Shown one piece after another: positions 1 to 11,722 of a stretch of DNA of 64,000 nucleotides. Source of the stretch: Escherichia phage AV122; sequence record OR352952.1. One strand, given 5' to 3'. The position numbers and the translations under genes are program-made. The notes under the pieces are model-generated. The model had not been told where the DNA came from. It saw only the letters and a list, made by a program, of their open reading frames with translations, and ran no database searches. Within the stretch, counting starts at the first letter, position 1. Every line of letters begins with the position of its first letter.

Positions 1-92
1 AGCAATTCATTATCTTTATTCTTTTCAAGAATTGCTTGCTTCTGCTTAGTTGAACCAATAGATGCTATTTCGTTCAGAATTTTAAGAATCAT
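1..92 (-). CDS. 30: DNA ligase (gene 30), N-terminal fragment; rest of gene lies beyond window start
   Basis: Minus-strand ATG at 92-90 followed by codons reading MILKILNEIASIGSTKQKQAILEKNKDNEL, matching my recollection of T4 DNA ligase N-terminus; ATGA overlap with stop of upstream ORF. Confidence 0.8.
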   Translation of the reverse strand, partial: MILKILNEIASIGSTKQKQAILEKNKDNEL

Positions 93-358
93 TGTTCATC
101 CTTTAGAGTTTGGTTTACAGCTCTATTATAAATCAATTCATCATTAAGCTCAGTCAAAGACCTGTGGTACGTTGTTCTAACTTTATTTCCTTGCATCCAG
201 TGCTTGACGTAAATGAAACCTTGCTCTACACATTTTTTAAAAATTCGTTCGTCTTTTTGAGCTCGGAATTCTGGATTGCATCTAAAAAATTGATTTACGT
301 GACCGTAATCACGTGTAGTATTACCTTCATTTTCATAAATAGTGTGAACGACAAACAT
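89..358 (-). CDS. hypothetical protein (T4 30.1 position)
   Basis: 89-aa ORF, stop overlaps gene 30 start; first of nine ORFs between 30 and rIII as in T4. Confidence 0.6.
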   Translation of the reverse strand: MFVVHTIYENEGNTTRDYGHVNQFFRCNPEFRAQKDERIFKKCVEQGFIYVKHWMQGNKVRTTYHRSLTELNDELIYNRAVNQTLKDEQ

Positions 359-1197
359 TAGAATGCTCCTTGGAAAATATTATCACCACTAGTAGGTCTA
401 TTATACAAATACTCTATGCCACCAGGTTTAATATAGTTCCATGTCTGAAACGGATGTGTCTGATATGGATGATATAGATGATTATAAGGATTAAATCCAG
501 GAGTTCTCCAGGTAGTGTTCCAAGGAAAAGAATCGTTTTTGATCATCTTCTCAATTACATCTTTTATAAATTTTTCACTATCAAAACTTTCTTTATTTTC
601 CTTCGATGGAAAAAGCTTATTCTCTACATCATTCCATGTATAAACTCGCTGTGCAGTTTTTGGAATACTGTCACGCTCTCCTCGAGCCATCCAATAAACT
701 GGAACATTTAATATTTCACTCGCATGATCGCAGTGGTGAGCGAGATCGTCAATATAACAAATTACGTTATATTTCTCTTTTGCCTTTTTGAACAACTCTT
801 CTTTTGAAGAATCATGACCACACATCAATATTTCTGAGAAGGCACCAGGAAAAAGAGCATTCAAATTAAATTGACGATTCAGCAAAGCATCAATAGAATC
901 ACCCAATGCTGTAACAGCTACAAAATTATAATCTTCTTTTAATTTGTTAATTACACACAGGGCATCTTTATATGGAGACAAGTAACGAATAAAATCTGAA
1001 CGATTGTATTTTTCAATTAACTTGACGCCAAGTTCTTCATCACAATTAAAGAGTTTACCAGGAGAAATAAATTTCTCATCTTGGATCATTTTTAAAATAT
1101 GTTCTAACGGAAGATTATATTTCTGAGCAAAATAAGGAAGGCCTGATTGCCAGCTTAAACATACTCCATCAATATCAGTCAAAATAGTAGGCTTCAT
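358..1197 (-). CDS. hypothetical protein with HAD-like hydrolase motifs (T4 30.2 position)
   Basis: 279 aa; N-terminal DIDGV and later YIDD motifs typical of HAD phosphatases; aromatic/Pro-rich C-terminal tail. Confidence 0.65.
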   Translation of the reverse strand: MKPTILTDIDGVCLSWQSGLPYFAQKYNLPLEHILKMIQDEKFISPGKLFNCDEELGVKLIEKYNRSDFIRYLSPYKDALCVINKLKEDYNFVAVTALGDSIDALLNRQFNLNALFPGAFSEILMCGHDSSKEELFKKAKEKYNVICYIDDLAHHCDHASEILNVPVYWMARGERDSIPKTAQRVYTWNDVENKLFPSKENKESFDSEKFIKDVIEKMIKNDSFPWNTTWRTPGFNPYNHLYHPYQTHPFQTWNYIKPGGIEYLYNRPTSGDNIFQGAF

Positions 1198-1658
1198 AGA
1201 GAGTCTCTTAATAGGTTTAACACATCAATAAATTCAGCTTCGGTTAGTATTGTATCATCTTTTGTTAGATCACTAGCCATGCTGTGCTTCAAAACTTTTC
1301 CTTTCGAGGCTTGTAATGCATCACGAAAGCCCTTGTTTTGGATCGCTGCTTCAAAATATGCATTTGTGTATAATTCTTTCCACGCCGGGGAGTATCTTGA
1401 AAACGGAACTCCAAGCCAGAAGAGGGTCCCACGGTCCTGAGCTCTAGCATAAGACCTTCCAGCTTGTTGGGCGGCAAGCCCGGATAACCCAAATATACGA
1501 CGTTGTTGTTCAACATTTTTCACCTTGCATCCTTGGAGGAATCCTTCAAGACCTCCAAATTGAATACCATCCATGACGAAAGGCCATTGGGCGAAATTAC
1601 TTAATGCACATGATGGCCACCTAAAATTGCTTCTAATCTCTAACTCAGACATTTTCAA
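1194..1658 (-). CDS. NADAR/YbiA-like domain protein (T4 30.3 position)
   Basis: 154 aa; motifs LSNFAQWPF and G..F.Q..K resemble YbiA/NADAR family signature. Confidence 0.7.
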   Translation of the reverse strand: MKMSELEIRSNFRWPSCALSNFAQWPFVMDGIQFGGLEGFLQGCKVKNVEQQRRIFGLSGLAAQQAGRSYARAQDRGTLFWLGVPFSRYSPAWKELYTNAYFEAAIQNKGFRDALQASKGKVLKHSMASDLTKDDTILTEAEFIDVLNLLRDSL

Positions 1659-1851
1659 TGCTTATAATTTCAACATCAGCCCAATGACCATAGCAAGGAA
1701 GACGAAATTCAACTGGCCAGTTAGGGTCCTTTTCTAATATAATAGACTTAACTTGTGGTTCTTCATGTTCATCAGTATATGGATTTTTATCTGTTACTTT
1801 ATATGTGACCTTAATGTACTGAATTCCAAAAATCTTATTAATTATATTCAT
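1645..1851 (-). CDS. hypothetical protein
   Basis: 68-aa ORF in operon context, overlaps neighbours by a few nt. Confidence 0.5.
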   Translation of the reverse strand: MNIINKIFGIQYIKVTYKVTDKNPYTDEHEEPQVKSIILEKDPNWPVEFRLPCYGHWADVEIISIENV

Positions 1852-2045
1852 ACTAGTTCCTTTAATCCGTAAATAGGAGATAATTCATCACCCATACGAA
1901 GGTCTTCATTTCCATCTACCCAGGAAACAATATAAGCCTCTTTTATTTGAACACCACTCCATTTAAATGGAGGTAGAACCTTAGAAATTAATCCAGGTAT
2001 ACCAACTCCCTTTAATTCAACAGTTTGACCTAAAAAGAATTTCAT
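1848..2045 (-). CDS. hypothetical protein
   Basis: 65-aa ORF, ATGA-type junctions with neighbours. Confidence 0.5.
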   Translation of the reverse strand: MKFFLGQTVELKGVGIPGLISKVLPPFKWSGVQIKEAYIVSWVDGNEDLRMGDELSPIYGLKELV

Positions 2046-2332
2046 TAGAACCTCATCTGAAAACCGTGCGATTTAACATTACCGCCACCAATATCAGAAA
2101 TGTTAATTTCACTCGCAATTGAAGGGTCAATGTCAATTTCACGATTGAGTTTAGTGATAGCTAAAGTATCGCGCCCATTTACAGTACGAAACTCTAAAGG
2201 ACAAACCACATCAACGTAGTTTTTAATCGATTCACTGGTAGGTTGCAAATGAGCAGGAAGGCCTTTGGGCGCCTTTGAGAAAACCACTTCGCAGAAGTTT
2301 TTACGGGTATCAAAATAAGTAGTCATAAACAT
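2045..2332 (-). CDS. hypothetical protein (start trimmed to ATG after intercistronic hairpin)
   Basis: ORF track start is TTG inside upstream gene; ATG at 2332 has GAGGA SD 7 nt upstream and follows hairpin at 2350-2363. Confidence 0.55.
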   Translation of the reverse strand: MFMTTYFDTRKNFCEVVFSKAPKGLPAHLQPTSESIKNYVDVVCPLEFRTVNGRDTLAITKLNREIDIDPSIASEINISDIGGGNVKSHGFQMRF

Positions 2333-2372
2333 AACATTTTCCTCAGTAAGGGGCCAAAGCCCCTCATTTATT

Positions 2373-2738
2373 TTAAATATCAAATTCGTTAAGAACTACA
2401 TCAAAGATTGCTTCAAGATGCTCAGGTTTAGCTCTGTTACTCAGAATATGACGAATCCAAGTTTTAACCAAAAGCTTGCGATTATCACCATTCCAGCAAG
2501 GATGAGTCCCTAAATCGCGTTGACGAAAATCATCATCCAGAGCGATTTTAAAGTTGGAACCTTCCATTGTGATTGAAACCGTGATGCCATTTTCAAATCG
2601 CATATAAACATAGTTAGGAGTCATATACTGTTCAATTTCGCATACTGAACCATTTTGATGTTTCCAGAGGCAAATAGTATCAATAGAACCTGCAATACCA
2701 TTAGAAACATATTTACGTTCAAAGTTGATGTAGTTCAT
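2373..2738 (-). CDS. hypothetical protein
   Basis: 121-aa ORF in 30.x cluster. Confidence 0.6.
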   Translation of the reverse strand: MNYINFERKYVSNGIAGSIDTICLWKHQNGSVCEIEQYMTPNYVYMRFENGITVSITMEGSNFKIALDDDFRQRDLGTHPCWNGDNRKLLVKTWIRHILSNRAKPEHLEAIFDVVLNEFDI

Positions 2739-2806
2739 TTTTATTCTCCGAGATGTTTAATTGCGGTACAGGTATATAATATCATATCCTGTACCAAAGT
2801 AAACAA

Positions 2807-3139
2807 TTATTTTACTACTTTCCAATGTTGCATGTCAAGTTTACCAACTTTTTTCATCTTCTCAATCAAACGTTCGGCACGTTGGCGAGCTGTAACATAA
2901 TACCATTCACCTAATTCATTTTGTTCAATTTTTCCAACGATTACTGTATTCAATTCATAAATCCAACCAGTAAAGAAATTATGAACTTGAATTGTAAAGG
3001 TGAAATCTGTTCCCATACCTTCTGTTGTTTCTACTTCAATAATATCACCTTCAACTGCCATTAAGAACCACATAGTTTCATCATATTTACCATTGAAGCA
3101 TTTAGTTTTAACTGTAGCGTTCAGATTAATCGTTTTCAT
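2807..3139 (-). CDS. hypothetical protein
   Basis: 110-aa ORF with early promoter at 3167-3196 upstream. Confidence 0.6.
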   Translation of the reverse strand: MKTINLNATVKTKCFNGKYDETMWFLMAVEGDIIEVETTEGMGTDFTFTIQVHNFFTGWIYELNTVIVGKIEQNELGEWYYVTARQRAERLIEKMKKVGKLDMQHWKVVK

Positions 3140-3166
3140 TTTATTCTCCTTTGTTTGTATAAGATA

Positions 3167-3196
3167 ATACTATCACAAAGGAGCTATACTGTAAAC
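3167..3196 (-). promoter_or_regulatory. early promoter (sigma70-type)
   Basis: GTTTACA, 17 nt, TAGTAT on minus strand upstream of ORF ending 3139. Confidence 0.55.
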
Positions 3197-3215
3197 AACT
3201 TTATGCAATCTTTGG

Positions 3216-3244
3216 AAAATAAAAAAGGACTCCCGAAGGAGTCC
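3216..3244 (-). terminator. rho-independent terminator
   Basis: Hairpin GGACUCC-UUCG-GGAGUCC followed by U-run on minus-strand transcript. Confidence 0.55.
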
Positions 3245-3249
3245 TCAAC

Positions 3250-3468
3250 TTATGCTTTCTGCTTACCAAAACGAGAAGCATCATCTCGAAGAACCGCACG
3301 TGCTCGGCGCATGATCTTCTCAACAGTTTGATTGATACGAGAGTTCGACCCACGCTTGTAGCCAGCGCGTTTAGAATCACCAACTTTCTTTTCAACTGCT
3401 TTCTTTGCTTTAACTTGTTTTGCCATTATAAATTCTCTTTTAAATGAAAATGCAGGACTTATTGGCAT
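3250..3468 (-). CDS. small basic protein (alternative ATG at 3426)
   Basis: 72-aa ORF, Lys/Arg-rich; followed by terminator hairpin 3216-3244. Confidence 0.5.
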   Translation of the reverse strand: MPISPAFSFKREFIMAKQVKAKKAVEKKVGDSKRAGYKRGSNSRINQTVEKIMRRARAVLRDDASRFGKQKA

Positions 3469-3714
3469 TGCCTGCGCAAGCCCTCAAGGGGTACTTAGGT
3501 TTTGAATATTTACCGACAGGATAACCATAAACCTCGTCAACATACCACCAAGACTTACACAGATAACACTTTTCTGACGCATGATAGTAACATTCAAGAG
3601 GTACACCATAAAACTGCCGGGGTCTTAAAACTATAATGATTCGCAAATCATTAATCAGACAGTTCGACGGCTCCTCGATTTTAGCTCACACTAAGGCAGT
3701 GAATCTCCAATAAA

Positions 3715-3963
3715 TTACTTCAGTGTTACCACAAAGTGACGAACTGCTTTTCGTGCAGCAGAAGCCAGAGGCTTAGCATATTTAAGTTCATCTTTTTCCT
3801 GAAGCTCAGCAGCTAATGCAGTTTGAGCAGGATTCAGATGTTTGAAATAACGCAGGATTTCAAGAGCTTCGGCTTCAACATCAATAGATGCGCCATAGTT
3901 TTCGTGACCATTATTCCATGCGTTTCGTTGCAGTTCAAGAGCGTGTTGTAATTGTTTAATCAT
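3715..3963 (-). CDS. rIII: rIII lysis-inhibition accessory protein (by size and position)
   Basis: 82 aa, located between 30.x cluster and gene 31 as in T4. Confidence 0.7.
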   Translation of the reverse strand: MIKQLQHALELQRNAWNNGHENYGASIDVEAEALEILRYFKHLNPAQTALAAELQEKDELKYAKPLASAARKAVRHFVVTLK

Positions 3964-4110
3964 TTAAAAATTCTCGTTAGAGATTAAAACTCGGTAGTCA
4001 CGTTCTTCTGAATTTCATCTTCTTTCGACAGATCTCTCAGTTGTAGACTACCACATAGAATTGTTCGGTTAACTTATTATTCCGACACCCAATTCATATT
4101 ATTATTTATA

Positions 4111-4446
4111 TCACTTATAAAGACACGGAATAGCTTTATAGTGACAGGTAACGAATTTTTGCTTAATTTCTTTTGGCTGCTTAAGACCCAGAGCTACAAA
4201 AGGATGTGGAACGTTTCGAATTTGACCAACTGGAAGAGAAGTCAAATCACCAACTTCACAGAAACCTTCAGGAACATCAGGACCAACAGAGTGAATTACA
4301 CACAGTTCAGGAACTTCACCTTGAACACGTTTACCGATAATAAGTCCTGATTCTGTAACTTCTTCATCACCGGCTTGTGCAGGTTCAGAAACTAAAATAA
4401 CATATTCACCGACAGCACGAATTGGTAGCTGTTGTACTTCAGACAT
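4111..4446 (-). CDS. 31: gp31 co-chaperonin (GroES-like)
   Basis: 111 aa; sequence [19 protein letters not shown] recognised as T4 gp31. Confidence 0.9.
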   Translation of the reverse strand: MSEVQQLPIRAVGEYVILVSEPAQAGDEEVTESGLIIGKRVQGEVPELCVIHSVGPDVPEGFCEVGDLTSLPVGQIRNVPHPFVALGLKQPKEIKQKFVTCHYKAIPCLYK

Positions 4447-4502
4447 CGTTTTTCCTTTTTGTTAACAGATGAATTAATAATAACAAATAATTCTTAAAGC
4501 AT

Positions 4503-4811
4503 TTATTTACCAATAAATTGGAGTAAATGCTCAACTTTCATACCATTAACAGAAATCAATTTGTCAATAGAAAAACCTCGCCACTCGCCAAGCTCAACAT
4601 CAAATACTGGAATCATGTCAGTAGATTCTTTCCGAGTAGATTCAGTCAATTTACCGGTTTGCATGGTTGGCATAAAGTCTGCATCACGAGTACCTTTCAT
4701 AGTACGAATAGTACCATCAGACTTTTCAAAAACTATGTTTGAAACACCCATGGACAATTTAGTTTTCAAAATTTCACGAACTGCTACTTTCTGCTCAGTT
4801 GTCAGTTTCAT
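4503..4811 (-). CDS. hypothetical protein (31.1 position)
   Basis: 102-aa ORF. Confidence 0.6.
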   Translation of the reverse strand: MKLTTEQKVAVREILKTKLSMGVSNIVFEKSDGTIRTMKGTRDADFMPTMQTGKLTESTRKESTDMIPVFDVELGEWRGFSIDKLISVNGMKVEHLLQFIGK

Positions 4812-5048
4812 TTATTTACCTATCACAGTTTTAATATGAGTTGTTCCACGTTCTTTAAGGGTGGAAAGTAATTTTTGGCATTTTTCTAAATCAGATTTCC
4901 AACTATATGGTCTATCAATACTAGTCCAATCAGTTTTATAATACTGTTTCCATTTAGAGAAAAAATATTTCTTATACTCTACAGCAAATGAAATGTTCTC
5001 GTTAGAATAAGAACTAATTGCTGTGAGCTTTACCAAACGAAATTTCAT
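4812..5048 (-). CDS. hypothetical protein (31.2 position)
   Basis: 78-aa ORF abutting cd. Confidence 0.55.
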   Translation of the reverse strand: MKFRLVKLTAISSYSNENISFAVEYKKYFFSKWKQYYKTDWTSIDRPYSWKSDLEKCQKLLSTLKERGTTHIKTVIGK

Positions 5049-5629
5049 TATTCACCACAGAATTCGTTGATATTTTCCCAGTTTAACTTATTCAAGTTTT
5101 TCTTAGGAACATTAAACACTTCAATACCTGCATTTCGCAGAATATCATCCCAGCCAGGTTTATTTTTATCATATGTTTCGCAATAAACCAGCTTTTTAAT
5201 TCCAGATTGGGCTATCGCTTTTGCACAATCTGGGCAAGGAGAAAGTGTTACATACATAGTAGCACCTTCAATTGAAGAACCGTTTCGTGCAGCAAACAAA
5301 ATTGCATTTAGTTCAGCATGAATTTCATTTTTAGACGACCATTCAGAGTGAGCGCTACGGTGTTCTTTCGCCAAGACAAAACGATCAGTTGAACCAAACG
5401 ATACACATTCAGGCTTATGACCTTGAATGATAGTATGTTTAGGTTTATTCAACAACCAACCTTGCTCGGCAGCATAATCGCAGCAGTTCACACCCCCGGC
5501 AGGTGAACCATTATATCCGGTAGAAATAATACGTCCATTCTTTTCAATTACTGCTCCTACCTTCCAGGAGCAACATTTTGATTCTTGTGATACTAAATAT
5601 GCAATTTGAAGTACTGTACTCGCTTTCAT
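5048..5629 (-). CDS. cd: dCMP deaminase
   Basis: 193 aa; zinc-binding HAE and PCxxC motifs (HAELNA, SPCPDC); matches T4 Cd. Confidence 0.9.
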   Translation of the reverse strand: MKASTVLQIAYLVSQESKCCSWKVGAVIEKNGRIISTGYNGSPAGGVNCCDYAAEQGWLLNKPKHTIIQGHKPECVSFGSTDRFVLAKEHRSAHSEWSSKNEIHAELNAILFAARNGSSIEGATMYVTLSPCPDCAKAIAQSGIKKLVYCETYDKNKPGWDDILRNAGIEVFNVPKKNLNKLNWENINEFCGE

Positions 5630-5964
5630 TTCATAATCACCAGATAAGCAGATTTAGCAGTTTCAACACGATAAATTTCGTGACGAAGTTTAGTTATACT
5701 TTTAATAACAGAACTAATTATATTCTGCCCATCTTTAAAGCGGTTTTTCTTATCAATAAAAATTGCGCCAACAATCTTTTTGTGAAGCTCAACTGGATAC
5801 TTCGTCACAATAATAGCATCATACACAGAAGGATGAATACTATTCACTAAAGTATCATTCATTAAAGTTATTCTAATGAACTGTGCTGTTTCAGAGTCAA
5901 GCGCTCTATGATCGCCAGTATCATTTTCAAGACAATTATCAATTATATCAGTTAAATTCATCAT
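5626..5964 (-). CDS. hypothetical protein (cd.x cluster)
   Basis: 112-aa ORF. Confidence 0.6.
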   Translation of the reverse strand: MMNLTDIIDNCLENDTGDHRALDSETAQFIRITLMNDTLVNSIHPSVYDAIIVTKYPVELHKKIVGAIFIDKKNRFKDGQNIISSVIKSITKLRHEIYRVETAKSAYLVIMK

Positions 5965-6197
5965 AGTACGCCATACACCCTTTGTGCTTCAACTAATCCA
6001 TCAAAATCCAATTTGAGATGTGTTATTTGGTCACCATCACCTGGATTCACAATTACTAATACTGAACGAGGAGTTTCGGTAATAACGCGAACCGATGTTT
6101 CTGGAAATCGTTCAGAAACCTTATTTACCAATTCCTGAGCAAATAGTTTAACTTTTTCTTGGAATTCTTTAACAGTAATTGGTTTTTCACTTAGCAT
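5961..6197 (-). CDS. hypothetical protein (cd.x cluster)
   Basis: 78-aa ORF. Confidence 0.55.
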   Translation of the reverse strand: MLSEKPITVKEFQEKVKLFAQELVNKVSERFPETSVRVITETPRSVLVIVNPGDGDQITHLKLDFDGLVEAQRVYGVL

Positions 6198-6718
6198 GTT
6201 AATCCCAGCTCCTTACTTTCAACGTTTTTAACTAATTTGACAGAAACTAATTCGGCATCTTGGGTAATCATTACCGGGCCTTCTTCATACTCTTCAAGAT
6301 ATTCTAGAGCTTTCTTTTTAGCTTCTTCCTTCGTATCAGTTTGAGCATAGATATAAAACATGCAACCAGTAATACCTACTACTTTCCACTTAATTTCTTT
6401 ATCAGTTTTAATTTCAAATTTACTGACAGAATCATCTTTTTGAACTTCTTCGAAAAAATAATATTCTGACATATAAGTAATTGAAAATAGCGGGCTATCT
6501 TTGTAGCATTCGCCCATTACATCAACAGCTTTATACCAGCAGTCATCAATTTCGCGTTTAATGCTAATAACATTTTTCGCAGGATCTATTTTTACTTTAA
6601 ATGAATTTTCCCCAATAAATTGAGCAATTCGTTTATTAGCCCCACAAGTTTCATTAAAAATATCTTTATATCCAGCTTTAAAGCGATAAACCTTATCTTC
6701 TTCAAACCATTCGCTCAT
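6191..6718 (-). CDS. hypothetical protein (cd.x cluster)
   Basis: 175-aa ORF with early promoter 6750-6779 upstream. Confidence 0.6.
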   Translation of the reverse strand: MSEWFEEDKVYRFKAGYKDIFNETCGANKRIAQFIGENSFKVKIDPAKNVISIKREIDDCWYKAVDVMGECYKDSPLFSITYMSEYYFFEEVQKDDSVSKFEIKTDKEIKWKVVGITGCMFYIYAQTDTKEEAKKKALEYLEEYEEGPVMITQDAELVSVKLVKNVESKELGLTC

Positions 6719-6749
6719 TTCAATTTCCTCATTTGTTTTTGGTAGAGCT

Positions 6750-6779
6750 ATAATATCACAACTCTACCGTAAAGTAAAC
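6750..6779 (-). promoter_or_regulatory. early promoter
   Basis: GTTTACT, 17 nt, TATTAT. Confidence 0.55.
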
Positions 6780-6781
6780 TA

Positions 6782-7057
6782 TTAAATTGCTTTGAATTCT
6801 GATGTCTGCGATTCAAAACGAATATCGCCTTTGATGACTAGCTCAGCATCAAGACCGAATACGACAATGATATGCGCTGAACCTGGATACAGCGTAATGG
6901 CAATAGAATCCACCTGGTCTGGAAGCAAAGTGTTCAACACATGAGTCACTTGAGCATGAATTCGAAGCTCAGCTGCGTTATCAAGTTTTTCAAACATATT
7001 ATTAGCAATAATTTGACTAAACACTACTTCTACGATTTTAGAATAAGTCGGAAACAT
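6782..7057 (-). CDS. hypothetical protein (cd.x cluster)
   Basis: 91-aa ORF. Confidence 0.55.
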   Translation of the reverse strand: MFPTYSKIVEVVFSQIIANNMFEKLDNAAELRIHAQVTHVLNTLLPDQVDSIAITLYPGSAHIIVVFGLDAELVIKGDIRFESQTSEFKAI

Positions 7058-7059
7058 AT

Positions 7060-7252
7060 TTACCTCACATAATTTTCTTCAAGCCAATTAATAACATCCA
7101 ACGCATTGTCAAAAGTTGAACCATCTACTTTATCTTCTGTTTCATAATCAAGAACATCTAAGCCTACTCTTCCATCAACAATAGGCCATAAACAAAATAG
7201 ATATTTCTTTTCTTTTTCAATTTTATCACAAAGTCGATAAATCTTTTCTATG

Positions 7253-7260
<8 letters not shown>
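7060..7260 (-). CDS. hypothetical protein (cd.x cluster)
   Basis: 66-aa ORF. Confidence 0.5.
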
Positions 7261-8675
<1,415 letters not shown>

Positions 8676-8678
8676 TTA

Positions 8679-8909
8679 TTATTTCTCAACCAATGATTGA
8701 ATATAATCATGTAGGTCTTTAGATGCTTTACCCCACTTATTTTGGTATTCATTTTTAAGATTAGCACGTGATTGAGCTAATAAAACATCATTAGTTGGAG
8801 GTAAAGATTCTAACCGCTGAATCTGGCGTCCGTAAATCATTGCAGCCATCTCGGATTCATAAATCAATCCTTTGAGATGTTCAAATTGATGCCATGAAAT
8901 CATTTGCAT
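8679..8909 (-). CDS. hypothetical protein (pseT.x cluster)
   Basis: 76-aa ORF. Confidence 0.5.
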   Translation of the reverse strand: MQMISWHQFEHLKGLIYESEMAAMIYGRQIQRLESLPPTNDVLLAQSRANLKNEYQNKWGKASKDLHDYIQSLVEK

Positions 8910-9199
8910 TTATCCTCTTTTAACTCTTGGCGATAATAACATATCATAGTTTTCTGATCATGTACATATCGTTTTACATCATTAAGCCAAATACGAAATT
9001 CCTGGGAATCTTCGAATGGCATACCGACCCAAGCTTTACCATCAATAACTTTAACTTGCCAGGATAGTTTAGCTTCATCGTATGACTTTATTTGTACTGG
9101 CCAATTAGGATGAACTGTTTCTTTCTTTACTTCTAGAGGCTTTGTCGAACAACCAACTAGAAGACCAATAGATAATATTACTGCTGATAGTTTAATCAT
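8900..9199 (-). CDS. putative lipoprotein
   Basis: 99 aa; signal peptide with lipobox LLVGCS. Confidence 0.6.
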   Translation of the reverse strand: MIKLSAVILSIGLLVGCSTKPLEVKKETVHPNWPVQIKSYDEAKLSWQVKVIDGKAWVGMPFEDSQEFRIWLNDVKRYVHDQKTMICYYRQELKEDKCK

Positions 9200-9549
9200 T
9201 TAGAAAGGTCCTGGATGTCTTCTGCAAACTTGATGAAGGAGTTGTTGATTTGTTTTTCAACCAATCCTGGCTTATGAGCCACCACATCCGCCTTCTTTGC
9301 ATCTTTGCGCAGTTTTTCATTTTCACGCTCAATAGCAGCAATTGCCTCACGATTTTTATTATTCATCGCATCAATATAATTATACTGAATTCGCAAATTA
9401 TTTAATGCTAAAGCGTTTTCATTGGCCGTTTTTGTAATTTCTACAACAGACGTTTCTAATCTTTCAATTTTATTTTTTAAAATTAAAGAAGTTCCGCCCA
9501 ATGCAATTACAATTAATAGCAAGCCTGCTGTCGTATTACTTAATTGCAT
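9196..9549 (-). CDS. membrane-anchored coiled-coil protein
   Basis: 117 aa; N-terminal hydrophobic segment then charged helical region. Confidence 0.6.
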   Translation of the reverse strand: MQLSNTTAGLLLIVIALGGTSLILKNKIERLETSVVEITKTANENALALNNLRIQYNYIDAMNNKNREAIAAIERENEKLRKDAKKADVVAHKPGLVEKQINNSFIKFAEDIQDLSK

Positions 9550-10043
9550 AAAGTTTTAATAACCTCTATAATATCGTCTTGAGAAAGACCGTTAATTAAA
9601 ATATGATGTTCAGCAGGAGATTTAGAAATTTTAAAGCATGCCTCAACATCTTCTGCCATATCCGATGCACTACGATTTGGATTACTAATACCAAGGCGGT
9701 GTTTTCCTGTCAAAGGATTAACGATAATATAGCATTTACAGCTATTGATATGAACATTAGGTTGAGTCTGATTAATGAACACTTCACAATCATACTTAGC
9801 GAGTTGATTTTCTAAAAAGACTTTCATCTCTTCAACCGCATCAGGAAGCATATCACGGGCTTGCTCAAGACGACGATTTCGATATTCTTTAATGGTCGTT
9901 TTCCGCTTGACTTGCTTAGCTAAATCTTTCTTAAGATCGGTGATATATCCAACTCGACGATTTCCTTTAAATACAGAAATCCCATCTGTAGTATCACCGT
10001 ATGCTTCAACGACCATTTCAGTAGTAATAAGCTGCAAATCCAT
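9540..10043 (-). CDS. alc: Alc transcription-termination factor (by size and position)
   Basis: 167 aa from second Met; located between pseT.x and rnlA; early promoter 10075-10104 upstream. Confidence 0.7.
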   Translation of the reverse strand: MDLQLITTEMVVEAYGDTTDGISVFKGNRRVGYITDLKKDLAKQVKRKTTIKEYRNRRLEQARDMLPDAVEEMKVFLENQLAKYDCEVFINQTQPNVHINSCKCYIIVNPLTGKHRLGISNPNRSASDMAEDVEACFKISKSPAEHHILINGLSQDDIIEVIKTLCN

Positions 10044-10074
10044 CATAAAGTCCTCATGTTATGTCAGTAAGACT

Positions 10075-10104
10075 ACTATAACACAACACGAGGGACTTGT
10101 AAAC
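10075..10104 (-). promoter_or_regulatory. early promoter upstream of alc
   Basis: GTTTACA, 17 nt, TATAGT. Confidence 0.55.
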
Positions 10105-10107
10105 AGC

Positions 10108-11695
<1,588 letters not shown>

Positions 11696-11722
11696 AATAA
11701 AATGGGCCTTGCGGCCCACTCC

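Noticed and set aside
110-361. Plus-strand ORFs antisense to minus-strand genes (e.g. 110-361, 478-711, 7850-8242, 19497-19976, 40360-40722, 44845-45135, 58233-58538)
   Set aside because: Each lies wholly inside a well-supported minus-strand gene, has no SD and low-complexity products; they look like frame artefacts of AT-rich DNA.
3201-3395. 64-aa ORF overlapping the 3250-3468 ORF in another frame
   Set aside because: Out-of-frame overlap with a better-supported ORF; no SD.
4044-4073. Candidate early promoter upstream of rIII (GTTAACC, 16 nt, TAGTCT) and TATAAATA box at 4103-4110
   Set aside because: Weak hexamers and atypical spacing or distance to the ATG; not confident enough to list as features.
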